Source of the DNA: Adineta vaga
Lineage: Eukaryota; Animalia; Rotifera
Assembly: GCA_021613535.1 (NCBI GenBank)
Contig: CP075494.1
Span: forward strand, 14,198,001-14,262,000
DNA: 64,000 nt
Direction of reading: 5' to 3'
In this document: piece by piece, positions 1 through 18,334 of the stretch
Position numbering within the stretch: the stretch's first letter is position 1
Layout: every line of letters begins with the position of its first letter
Position numbers and translations under genes: made by a program
Notes under the pieces: generated by a model
Told to the model about the DNA's origin: nothing
What the model saw: the letters and a program-made list of their open reading frames with translations, nothing else
The model's database searches: none

Positions 1-898
1 GGGCGTCAGCAAGATAAAAGATTGTGTCTAGATTTAATTTACGTAATTTTCATGGAAATGTTGCAAGAATTTTCGATTCTTTCCTATATGTTTTATAATA
101 ATCATGTCTTTTTGTCCATATACATAATTGTATTGATTTCTTTAATATTAACTAGTTTTAATTATCTTGAAAATATCTGAAACTAAGTTCACATAATCCA
201 GTTTTAAGCAAATATAGTAAATAGCATCAGATTGAAAGAACATGTAGTTTGTCGAATACATTTCATTTCAAACAGATGAACTCGAATGACTAGTGAAAAC
301 AGTAACAAGAACTTAGTTTATCCATTCAGAATAAAGAAATGCATCGATTGAAAGATCACTTAAAGAATAGTTCACTATCTTAAGGCTATATAGTAAAGTG
401 CTCTTTATAATAAGCTCTCTTATTTTCTATAGAACAGTTGCAATTCTGATTAACAATGTATCATTCTAGTTCTATCGATCATTTCTAATGTCAATTTTCT
501 CATTACTTACTTCTTATATAACAAGAGCGTGGATGAGAAAATATATACATATGATAGAATGATGGAAATAAAACAGTATCTTCATTTGTAATAGATGTCG
601 TTGTTTATTTAAAAATCAGAATTATGAAAATCTTTTCGTTAAAAAATTTAAAAAACCAAAAAATTCTAATTCGTTGAAGAATTTCTTTTTTACTTCTGAT
701 TAGTTTGTCCAATAATTTACTTATTGAACAAAATCAATTGATTTTCTTCTCTTGTCTGTTACATTCGATGAGTCATAGAAATCAAACAGTTGAATGAAAC
801 CTTTTACCATCTATTTCTAAACATTTTTTTTTCTCTCAACAAATCATTATATATATATTTTAGAAAATGAGCCATTTTCAACGAATATTAATTCTAAA

Positions 899-6025
<5,127 letters not shown>

Positions 6026-6472
6026 TCGAATGTGATTCTTTCTCATTGTTCGTTTGTTTTTAAGCACATGACTTCAAACTCTCTCTCTCTCTATCTATCT
6101 GTTTTGTTTTCTATTCATTGACAAAACTTCTTTCGTTTGTTTTTTTCTTCTTCTTCTCTCTCCTCTATTTATAAATCAACAAATGTGCTCATTACTTCTG
6201 TTTTCTTTTTTCGCCTTTTGTGCATATCAATGTATAATCGTATATATATATAGAAGATACAAACTTAGGAAAAGATATGTTTTCTTTCTTCTTCTTAACA
6301 CATACATCAAGACTTTTTTCATTCTGTTTGATTTTGTGAGTTCTTTTGTCTCTCTATGTATATGTATGTGTATGTGTGTGGTTCGATCATATTTTGTTGT
6401 CTATATAAAACATAATCAAAGAACAATTCTCTTGATAATAGAAGATAGAAAATGAAAATCTTTTGTTCACTG

Positions 6473-7779
6473 TCATTTGATTGGAAGCGAAGGTTGAGAT
6501 GATTTCGACCATGGTTTATTTGTATCAAGAATATGAGCCATGTACAATAAAGCATCTGGTCGATCACTATAGGGTTCATCGAGATTTGTTGGTATTTGTT
6601 GATTATCTGTTGACTCATTATCTGTGTATTCAATTTCATCAAGACCCAATAAGAAATGAACATGATTTTTCGCCGGAGTTAAACGAAGGAATGGTTCATT
6701 TTCATCTGAACTATGACAAGATGGTGTTGATGGTTGTGTAAGAATAATTGCCGGAGATGAAATGATTCTTTTCTTTAATTTATTCCCATCATGATGTTGA
6801 TGTTCACTTGGTCCATCCATGGAAGAAAACGATTGTCGAACAAGACTAACTGATGAAAGTGTCGAACGAATTCGTTGAGTTTTATTAATTAAATGTTGAT
6901 GAACAATATGTGCAAGACGACGTTTTTTCATGGAAAATAATCCTTGTAAAACAATGAGCATACCAATAATAACAGAATATTGCGTTAAAACAAACAAAAG
7001 ACCATGAACAGAATGTTTTAAATGATCATGCATAATATCTTGACAGATAAACAAATCAGGCATTTGTGTGGAAACATTTACTTGATAATAATATATACAA
7101 ACGGAATATTTTTCTTTTGGATTTAAACGTTTTAAAAGTAGAGAGTTGGAGAAATGATCAGGAACTTTAAATGATGCTCGTTTTAGGGATAATTGTTCCA
7201 TGTTTAAGACTTTTTCAAGTTTAGTTTTAAATTGTCGAATAGTAAAACGATAATATTTCAAGAAATGTATCGACTGATTGAATCGTAATGGAATGGAAAT
7301 CATATTGGGATAAATATTAATTTTCTTTGGATCTTCTTTATTTGATAATTTGATATCGTTTGAAATATTACTCATAGAAAATAGAGAAAATGTTATTTGT
7401 ACGGTTTCTTTACTACTAAATGTCCATGTCGCTTCATATTGTGGACCAGAGTGAAATATTTCCAGAGTACTATCTGATTTGTTGGCTATTTGTTCAGAAT
7501 ATTCATTATCAAATACATTCTCTGGTGGATTAACATCAGTTGATTTGCTTAAAGTTGACAGTGATATCGATGAATTCTTATTGAAAATTTCAATAAATGA
7601 AGAATTACTATTAAGAATCTAAATAATCAAACATATCACTGTTATATTTGTTTTCGTTTTTTTTTCTCGGAAATTACTTGTTCAATGGTTGTATTAGGGA
7701 TAGTTTTATTATAAACATCACTGATTGAAATAAACAGAAGAAGAAGAAGTAGAAATATAACTTGTTTTAAAGCTATCAT
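6473..7779 (-). CDS. Uncharacterised type I membrane protein (signal peptide, possible FN3-like domain, one TM, cytoplasmic tail); 2 exons
   Basis: ATG at 7779 gives a hydrophobic signal peptide (MIALKQVIFLLLLLLFISIS). GT-AG intron ~7677-7619, then a long ORF to 6473. LLLKRLNPKEKYSVCI resembles an FN3 L-x-P-x-x-x-Y motif. TM segment GLLFVLTQYSVIIGMLIVLQGLF is followed by KKRR. Confidence 0.7.
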
Positions 7780-8069
7780 CTTCACGCACTTTTCTTTTCA
7801 ATATGCAATTCGATGGATTGTACTTAACGAACAAACAAAGTAAATGCTCGTTCTCAAGAAAAGAAATACTTGATGTCAGAACATGCGCAATTTAATATGA
7901 AAACATTCTTTCTGAATACAAAGGAAGATAAAAATATCATATAGAACGAGTAAGACATTAGGAAGATATTCAATATCTGATTTTGTTTCGTTTGTAAGAC
8001 AGAACATCTATCATTAATCATCTACTATACGCGCCTGTTCTGAACATATTTTTATTCTTTTTCTTCAAT

Positions 8070-9203
8070 ATGATGTTTAATTCTTCATCAATTCGAAGAG
8101 AAGACTTCATAAATCATTCGGAAGATAATTCAGTATGTAATTTGCAAACATTAGAACTTATTCGATCGGTTGTTGATGAATTGTATCAAATAAATAGTCA
8201 AGATAATTTTCAATTCAAACAAAAACGTGTTCGTTTTACTTTTGAACAACAAACAAAGGAATCGAAAGTTGACTGTGGTGTATCAACAAAAGATTTCGTT
8301 TCTCTACAATATGAATGTGCAACACAAACATCTGAAGAGTATCGCTCCTTACAAATTGATCTTCATCCATTGAGAAGTAACATTACATTATCAACAATAG
8401 AATCTTCATTAAAGTAAATAGAATCAACAAACAGATCATATTTTTGGCTGTTTGTTTTTCTGAGAATGAATAAGACGCATTTATCTTTAAATCATTTCTA
8501 ACATTCTTTCATGTAAACTATGAATCCATCAGTTAAACAGTACTAAAGGAACGTTGATGTTATCACGTGCTAGATATATACTGATACAAAATGTTTCCTT
8601 TTGATAATTTACAGTCCATCGATTAATCAATCTACAACGTTTTCAAATCAAGCATCTTATTCTTGTGAAAAGAATACAACTGTATCATCATCAAGTACAG
8701 TAAATCAATTAATCACACCATCGAAAGCAAAATTTTATGATATACGTGATAGTGAAACAACAGAAAGCAATTCTATGCTTTTCAATTCTCACGATAATCT
8801 TTCTACTTCAGCATCCAGATTGAATAAGGATGATTTTTCGATTAACTCGAATGAAAATATGTTGCATACTGATGTTAGATTTTGTACATGTACAAAACGA
8901 CTACGATCCGAAAATGATTTCTCTAATCAAGACAAACTACTGAACGAACTTCCTTTATCAAAACAATCTCTTCAATCTATGAAGAACGATGATCTGCTCT
9001 ATATTTATGATCTTATCTTTGCATTTCTAAGAAATACTTTTCAATTTGATCAAATTCTTGTCAATCGTTATCATCTATCAACGACACAAGCTAATCTATT
9101 CGTTAAAGTTATGGATCAATGGTGGAAAAAACATAAATTAGAATTTACTAATACATTCTTCAAATCACCTGGTATTGAGAAGGATTATTTCTATCGAAAA
9201 TGA
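8070..9203 (+). CDS. Uncharacterised Ser/Thr-rich protein, probably 2 exons (intron ~8414-8615)
   Basis: Two adjacent ORFs (115 and 200 aa) with coding-like codon usage, a donor at aaa|gtaaat and an acceptor at tttacag. No recognisable domain. Confidence 0.5.
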
Positions 9204-9550
9204 CAAGGATACTGTTAGTTTTAGCAGTCTATTCAAACATAGGAGTCTTTGATCAGATTTGTGACAATGAAAGTATCATCATTTGTAAAGAAGATATGTT
9301 GTATCATTAGTGTTTCAGAAATAAACAAAACATTTAATCTAATTTCTACTATGAAATCGAAAATGTAAGAGTAGTTTATTCTCCTATAATCTCAACCATA
9401 AATCAGTTTAGTGTTGAAAGCAAATCAGATGATGAAACTACTTCTTTGAAAATATTGAACAATCTGTTTAAAAAAAAAGCAATATTTATATTTTTGTTTA
9501 GTGTATATTTTTTTTCACATAAATTTGCACTTAAACAAAACTTTACACTA

Positions 9551-11048
9551 TTATTGTGAATCAGCCATTTTTGTTATTTGATTAGGTGTTGGTGGACTTA
9601 AAGAATCTTCCATTGTTGTTAATGTTAAAGTTTTATTACGGCGTGATTCATGTATAAGTAACATTTGTTTAATATCATTAAGACTGATTGATTTGGTGAA
9701 TTTTTGATTCGATAATTGACGTGAAAAATGTGAAGAATTTCCAGTTGGATTTGTTGAGGCTTTATTCAGTCGATGTTCTTCATCTTGATCGACATGGACG
9801 GTAGAACGAACAAACCAATGTGGTATTGGTTTAGGTTCATATGGAACTTTTTTACTTGCTAATTTCATTTTCGTTGTTAATGGTTGAGCAGCTACTTCGG
9901 CAGTTGATTGAACTGGTTTGTTCGACTTTTTACCTGGTTTACCTGGACCACGTGATGATCCTACTAATGAATCTGTATTACTTGTTTCATCAATATCCAT
10001 GGATGAATAATGATCATCATCGTCATTTTCAATAAGAATTTGAATATCATGATTAATTGTTGTTGCTCGATCAAATACATTTGATGCATGAGAACGATGT
10101 GTATTCGTCAAATCTTTATTCGTCGTATGAGCATTGGATGAAGATAAATTGTTTACTAGACAAACGTCAAAAGAAGAAAAAACTTATAGATAACACACGA
10201 GAAGAACTACCGTTCTGTTGAAAGAAATCTTGATCAGATGTATTATTCAATTGTTGATCACGTCTCATAATTTCATCGATTTTTTCGAGAATATCAAAAA
10301 TTGGTTTCATTTGTTCATTAAATAAACTTCGACTAACTGTTTGTCGAGTTGTTGCTGTTGTTTCTTTTGTTTCAGCTTCTTCATGAACTACACCACCACA
10401 TATTAAACAAAGAAGTAAATCCTGTGTCATATCATATAATTTACCAAAATCTAATTCTGTATATTCTTTCGAGCATTGTTCACATTTATAATTTGACGGT
10501 TTATATGTTTGTTGTCGTTCAAGATTTTCCACATGCATTTGCATATGAATCAAACGATAACGAACAACATTGATAAATGCTGTCGTATCAATCTTATAAT
10601 AATATTGATCTTGTTTACGTTGACCTGTTGCACCTTCGTTCGATTCAAGACGATGATCTTCAATAATAAATTTATCACGTTTAAATTCTTGAATATATAA
10701 TCGAACTGTTTTCGCATCTAAACATAAACGATCAGCTAAATCTTGTTGTTTGATTCGTTCATGATGATAAATATATTCAATGACAAGGGATTTGGGTACT
10801 TCATAAAATGTTCGCATTATACAACGAATTAGAGTTTTCAATATCGCTCGAGGATCATTTATATCATAAGATGGAAGAGATATTTCATTTGATGAAGTTA
10901 CAGTTGATGATGATGATGCTGCTGCTACTGCTGCTGTTGAAGTTGTTATTGCTGGAGGAGGATTTGTTTGTGCATTGGATCTTGTTGGTTGAGAAACAGA
11001 AGGAGTAAGATTTGTAAATGAACCACCACCAGATGCGATCGACGACAT
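9551..11048 (-). CDS. GTF2E1: General transcription factor IIE subunit alpha; 2 exons
   Basis: Winged helix (LIRCIMRTFY...DLADRLCLDAKTVR), FINVVRYRL, Zn ribbon YKCEQC...CLICGG, FNEQMKPIFDIL, KPIPHWF and MLLIHE. Short intron ~10156-10198. Confidence 0.9.
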
Positions 11049-12026
11049 GTCGTTTTTGATTGTAGTCAAATCGGCAAAGACCATAATCAACAAAAGAGAA
11101 ACTTAGAAGAATCTAAAGATAAAGAGAAGATACATCTCTATTTTAAGATTCAATCATTGAAATATATTTTCTCTCTCAATCATGCTTTATATAGATCGAC
11201 TTTGTATTTAAATCTTCACTAAACATGCCTCATCTTCTAAAAGTCATCTTTCGTGAGTTACTCAATCTAAAAACAACACGAATAATTCGATGCTGTCATT
11301 TTTACTTTACTTATTAAACATGCAATAAAACAAATGTCTCAGTATCAAACTAACCAAATGACTTCTTCCAATAAAATAAACCAACAAATTGCTTATATAA
11401 ATGTTTTGAAATCTAAAATATAAAAAACAAAATCTCAATTAGAATTATTCCCTGTCAGTCATTCAAAAAAAAATGACATCGTACCAAGTAGAAAAAAGAC
11501 ATTTATTTTAACATGCACAAACTTGTATATATACCCATCGATCGATGATAGATCACACTACTATCAAAGGATTAACGAGCATTGAATGTGGCGATGGAAA
11601 AAAAGCTTTTGTCCGAGAAATTTCATTTCATTTTTTGTAAAACAATGTACTTGATATGAAAAGAATCTTTTTTTTGAATAAGTATTTCAAGAATGTTTTT
11701 TTTCCTTGTCGCTACAATCGATTTCATGAACAAATCGATGGATAAAGATGATTTGTCTTTTCTCTCTATTATCATCTCTTTCAATACAATGTCATTATCA
11801 AAAAGAAATCCTTTTTCCATGGATAAAACTGAGGCCATAAAATGATCGACTTTATTTTGATTTTTTTAAAATTTTTTAGAATTTATTCAAATCATCATTA
11901 ATTGTCGTGTGAGTGTGTGTTACGTGTAACGTCGAACTTTAGTGAAACGAATTCTTATTTCTTCTGTTGGTGTATATCTTCGGTGATCAGTTCAGATTTC
12001 ATTTTTCTTGTTTTAATCTATTCATC

Positions 12027-15000
12027 ATGGCATCAACACGAAATGCTTCGCGAACAACAACAAATAGTAAAACAGCAGCTTTAAATCCTCATCATACGAA
12101 TGGTTCAACAACTTCTTATGATATAAATGAATCAACAACAAATATGAATTATCCGGCAGGCAATAATTCCGAGTAAAGATTTTTGCTAAGAAAAAAAAAG
12201 AAGAAGAAAACTGATTGTATTTAGATATGATCCAAATCTACAGCGATCGTCTCTGATGAGAAATGTTTCGCAAGTATGTTTTTTTCATTACTTTGTTCTC
12301 ATCGATTTGTAATGTCTTTTAGTATGATGGCATTTATCGAAATGCTCGGTTTATTCATGCAATAAGTAGTGGATTAGTGGTAAGTTATAGAAGAGATCAA
12401 CATATATCTACGTTTAATAATGGAAAATCTTGATTTCAATGATTGATTCTTTCGTTTTGTCTAGGGTCAACAAGTTGTTATTCAAACAAGTGATCATGAA
12501 CGTTTTCATGGTGTATTTGAAACACTTTCACCTAATGCTGATATTGTTTTAACTGTTTCACATCGATTAGATAATAATAATAATGATATAATAACGTCAT
12601 CAACATTACCAATTGATCTTGTTGATACAATTGATAGTTCATCACAAACATTTGAACTACATAAACGAATTATTAAAGCATCAAATATTGTGGAAATTAT
12701 TGCTATTGATATTGATCTATCCGGTAGTGCTAAATGTATGTTGAGTAGTGGATTTTGATGTTTAAGAAGCAAAGAAAACATTTGTTGTTGTTATTTTCTA
12801 GGTTCTTTGGAAGAAAATTCGAAAGTTAATCTTCATGAAAACGATCGTTTCAGTCGAATGGAACATTTTTATGGTTCAGATGATATTGATCCGGAAACAT
12901 TAGAGGATCTCGAACTTGGAGATGATGGAAAAGTACGTCACATTAGTTCGACATTGATATTTATCAAAGAATTTCTTTTGATGTGTCTTCTAGGCTGGTT
13001 TTGATCCGGAAGATATGTTTCATACAAATCGAGAAAAATTCAATACAAAAACTGATTTTGATGAAAGCAAATATACGTATGTAGATTTAATTTATTCTTT
13101 TCTTTTTTTTTCTCTATGTATATGTACATTTCATCCAATATAGGAATATTCCAATTCGTCAAATGTCTGCAGCTGAATCATTAGAAATTGAAAAGAAAGC
13201 TCTAGAGATAGAAAGAGGTATTCGAACGGAAGATGTTGACGAAGATGATGCTGGTAAATAAAAATTTGCGTTTGTTTTTTTTTGTAGAAATTTATCTTAT
13301 GTATATATCATTATTTTGTTAGGCGTCAAACGTCCAACTGAACCTCATAATTTTGATGATGGTAATAGTAATACTAAATCGAATCGTGGAAATCGAAACG
13401 ATTTTGCTCATGATAATGAATATAACTCTTCCAAGTAAGTCCTTTCCATTTCAAGAGTAATCTTTTCACTTAATATTGTTACAATTAGACGGGAAAATTG
13501 GCGTGAACAACGTTCAACTGGTGGTCAGAATAATAATCGTCGTGGTGGAGGTGGTGGTGGTGGAAACAATTCCAAACAAAATCAATATTCATCAAATAAT
13601 AATAATCGTCAACAATATAATACACGTATTGCACGTAATAATCGTTACCCAGATAATCGTTCATCGCATGAAGGACGTGATTTACCAATGCATCCTCCAA
13701 ATGATGAATCAAATCGTAATCCACGAGTAAACAGTGGCAATTTTTCACAAGATCAACCATCTGGTCCATCAAGTCCATCGACAACGATTCCCGCTCGAAC
13801 GATCTATCCTAGTGGACATCGATCAACTGGAAATCGAAATTCACCAGCACCATATACCGGTAGCTCATCATCGCGTAATAATTCCATTTCAACAGTATCT
13901 CCACCAGCAAATCAACAAACAGGAAACAATAAATTAGCTAAAAAACCATCGCTCAGTAAGAATAAAAGTTAATGATTTATTTTGATAGAAGTACTGATTT
14001 TCTTTTTTAAATTTAAGATGAACAACAATCAATTAATGATGAATCTGATCAACCAAAACAACAACAACGTTCATCTAACAATCAATCAAATCCTTCAACA
14101 TTAAATCGTCCATCTCAATTACAATCAAGACAACAAGTGTCTTCCATTACTGCATCGTCTAATCTTGCAAATCAAGACGATCATTCATCTAGTCATGATC
14201 CAAGTAACGCAAATCAATCACAAACAAGTGGAAAAACGTATAATGATTTGTTCATCAAAGAGAAAAATCTTTTTCATTAAATTTTTACTATTTCTAGAAC
14301 ACCAAATTCAATGAAATTAAATATTAGTTTAAATCCTGATGCAGATGAATTTGTTCCAGTATTTCCAGTAAAATTCGCTGTTTCTTTATTCTCTCAAAAT
14401 AATTATTTGTTCTGCTTTTTTCTAGCGAGAAACGAATTCTCGACCTGAATCACGTGATGCATCCACAGCTGGTCCCATACCAATGAATGCTTTTGTTTCA
14501 CATCCTCATCCTCAAGCCTTACATATGATACAACAGCAGCAGCAACAACAGCAGCAACAACAACAACAACAACAACAATCTACACCACCAATTATTGCTG
14601 CTACTCATCCACAAAATGCTGCAGCTTTATATCAACAATATTACCAAACATCCTTCGCTGGAATGCCACAATTTATCAATGCTGGACCACAACAAATGAC
14701 TGTTGGAGTGATGGGTGCGCCAATGGTACCATCACAACCACTTGTTGGAACAGGGCCAAATACAAATAGCTCAAATAATGGAAGCTCAAGCGGAATGACC
14801 ACACCCAATAGTTCTATTAGTGCTGGTCCTACATATAAAATAAATAATACTAATCAAGCACCTAGTGGAGACAATAGTAATAATGGAGGCAATAATGTCG
14901 CTCCAAAAAAAGCTGTTGTATCAGTTCAACGTTCAGAACAGTCCAATATTCCTCAGCCGCAACCGCAACAACAACAACATATGCCTGGTGCACCACAAAT

Positions 15001-15934
15001 GATTTTTCCCGGTGCACCTCTTCGTTATTATTCACCTGATTATCTTACACAACGTATGTTATGTCATCTAATGTCTACTTTTAATTTATTTTCTTTTTCT
15101 TATTAAATAGAAACGACACCTCAATCGATGCAATTTCAACAAATTCCACTCTATTATCAAATGAACTCTGCAGGTCTTATTCAAGCAACAACAGCCAGTG
15201 GTCAACCTCAAAATATTATGCTTTCATCTGCTGGCTCTTCAGCAGGAGCATCTTCTACTGGTTTACATCCACTTCATTATGCAAATCTTTATGCAGGTAA
15301 ATCGAAAAACAATAATTTATTGATATTTTCTTGTTTTTCTCTTGAAGATCCACGCATGTACGGTATATATCCATCAGCAGCTGTTAATCCAGCAAATATT
15401 AATCCCAATTGGCAATTAGCTCGATCACCTCCTCAACAACAACAACAACAACCAACCGACCAACAGTCACAACAGCAACAACAACAACAACGTGGCTATG
15501 GCAATGGACAGAATGTAGCATCTCAACAAAGCTCATCAACCAGTACTGCTAACGTTAATAGTCGATCAGCTTCGACATCTGGTCCTTCAGGTCAAACTAA
15601 TGTTGGTCCTCAAGTTACATCTCAATATACATTAAATGGAGCAGTACCTACTGCTTATGCTTATGGTGTTCCTACCGGTTGGATTCCTGGTCCACACCAA
15701 GTTGCATCATCTCAAGGAAATATGCCTCAACAAATGAATCCTGCATTTAATGTTATATTTGATCAATCACAACAAGGAGCAGCTCAACTACCTACCTATG
15801 TGCATTCAAATTCCTATGAAGCTCCTGCTTACTATCATCAACAATCCCAACAACAACAACAACAACATCAACAGCAGCAACCATCATCTCAACAAAATCT
15901 AGATCAAGTATCACAAGTCAATTATAACCGTTAA
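12027..15934 (+). CDS. ATXN2: Ataxin-2 homolog (LSm, LsmAD, PAM2, Gln-rich C-terminus), multi-exon
   Basis: YDGIYRNARFIHAI and FHGVFETLSP (LSm). GFDPEDMFHTNREKFNTKTDFDESKY (LsmAD). PAM2 LNPDADEFVP (~14329-14358). PolyQ low-complexity tail. Confidence 0.9.
14531..14578 (+). repeat. Interrupted CAA/CAG repeat encoding 16 Gln in ataxin-2
   Basis: (CAA)(CAG)3(CAA)2(CAG)2(CAA)8 read directly from the sequence. Confidence 0.95.
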
Positions 15935-16320
15935 AATATTTACCCCTTTTTTTCTCTCTCTATTTACATATGTATGAGCGTGTCTTTATTCTCTCATTTA
16001 TCAAGTGATATCATATCAATATAAACATCATATTTCCTACTATTATTCTACTTGACGTTAGTCTCTCCATTTCTTTTATCTACATTTTCTTCAAAGGTTC
16101 TTTCTTTTTTTTCATAACTATGTTTCATTTCAGTTACCGTTTCTTTTCACTTTTGACTTTGACAACACTACCAACATGCAAAGTTAAGTTTAAGTTAATA
16201 ACTATTGACAAAAAGTAGCAAACTTTAATAAATTCTTGCTCCTTTTCAACGGATTTTTAAACACAAATTAAAATGAATTTTATTCAAATAAGAAGAGAAA
16301 TTATATTACTGATAAAATAA

Positions 16321-18238
16321 TCATTTTTCAATTTCATCTTTTCGTACTGCTTGACGCGCATCATTTGCTGTTATTGCACATATAGCTGCGCCAATACCCG
16401 AACCTGAATAGAAATTCAAATCTAGTTTTACAAAACACTAAACCTGAAAATAATCGTCTTACCATCTGCACTGATTCGTAATTCATAATTGAGTAAAACT
16501 GGTGCTAGAATTTTCAAATGACGTTGAATAACCATATTGAAACGTGGATGAAAACGATAGAGACTTCCATCAATACCAATACATATTTTTTTCATATCTT
16601 TTTTTCTATTCTCATGTAAACGTTTCATTAAAACTGCAATTGCAGCAGCAGTCAACATAGCTGCCCGTCTAAATAGATAAATCTTTTCGATATTGATGAT
16701 TTTCCTATTTCTAACCTTGAAATCAATCGACAGGTATAGGAAATAATCGCACAATCCGCATTCGTCGTATAATCAAGACCTAATTTTTTTAAAACATTTC
16801 GTGTATTGGCAAATGTTTTTCCCGTATCGAGTTCAATTTCTGATATATGACTTGTTTGTAACATATAGAGTGCATGAAATGGTGCATAATAACGATAAGA
16901 TTGTTGATGATCTCGTTGAGTTTTCAAAATCAATCCTCGATTAATCAATGTAGCTAAAACTTCCGCAGCTAAACGACCCATATACATTCCGGAGATAAGC
17001 TTTTCAAAAATATGAATTCCAGGATTATTTGACATGCGATCTATTTCACGATCGAAATCAGTTATTAACATATCGAGACAACCACCTTCACCTAATTGAA
17101 AATATCACACAGCATTACTCTATAAACATACAAAGATTTTCATATAATCATACCAAGTGCACCCCATTCCGTATTAATAATCATTTCAGTAGCATCCGGT
17201 GACAGTACTGATCGATCAGAAATCGTATGAATTTTGTCAATATCTTCAAAATAACATGCATTGGTTCCTGTTCCTACTCACAAGCATCAAACAATCAATC
17301 AGTCAAAAACTTCAAAGAACTAACCAAGAATTACTCCAACTCGACACGTATTTTCGCGATAAGCTAAAAAGTATATCAATCAATTCGAAAACATCTATAC
17401 ACATTCAATCAATTTTTTTACCACAAGCCATCAATGTTCCAACTGTATCATTAATTAATGCCGTAACCTTAACTTTTAATTGTTTTTGATAGATAATCTT
17501 TTGAAGTTTTTCTACTACATCTTCTCCAACTAAATCTGATAGAATCCAACCTTTTGATGGTGTTAAAAATTTGCCTTTATTCAATGCCATTTGTTCACAT
17601 GCAAAACTAAATGTAAATCCTAAAATATATTCTTGATTGAGATTCAATTGATTTCGTTTCATAAATTCTTTTAAAACATCAACAATAAATTCAAATAAAT
17701 CTTGAGCAAGAATTTTCTTCGAATTAGGAACAATATGTGCTTCCGATATAACTTCTGCGTCACGATTAGGAGACAATCGTACTAATAACGTTCGAAAATT
17801 TGTTCCACCAAGATCGAGAGCTAATATTTCACCTTCTTCTTTTCTCGTCGGTAAGTTTGTTACATATGTTGGTAACATTTTCAAATCACTTTGATGTTTT
17901 TGACTGAGTTGTAAACCCATTTGACAATGTTGTTCCATGACTGTCATTAGATGAGCAAGTGTTTCTACTGTTATATGAAATGGACTAGTAATACGCATTA
18001 ATTCTGTATAATCTTCCGATGAGATAATACTTTCATTTGCATGAAGAATTGAAGTGATATTTTCTTCGACGGGATCATGAAGAAGTCCGTCAAAATTCGA
18101 TTCTCGCGTAACAACTTCTTTACCAGCTTGTGAAACAAATCGAGTATTTGGTTTCGTAGTATCTAATGATCGTAAACAGAAACTATTCCAACAATGTTCA
18201 AACCAACTACGAATTCCATGATCATCCTCTTTGGACAT
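16321..18238 (-). CDS. Hexokinase (single ~50 kDa type), multi-exon
   Basis: LKMLPTYV, ALDLGGTNFR, LGFTFSF, INDTVGTL, GTGTNAC, INTEWG, FEKLISGMYMG, IGIDGSLY and DGSGIGAA motifs. Stop TGA at 16321-16323. Confidence 0.93.
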
Positions 18239-18334
18239 GAATCCAACAGAATCATATGAGAAAAGAAAAAAAAACTATTCTTTTACAATTCAAATACGCG
18301 CAATTCTGTCAGTTTATTAAAAACAAGATATTTT

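Noticed and set aside
768-863. Upstream coding micro-exon for USP7 (ATG at 768)
   Set aside because: The donor at 789 is out of phase with the 899 frame, so this is probably 5' UTR.
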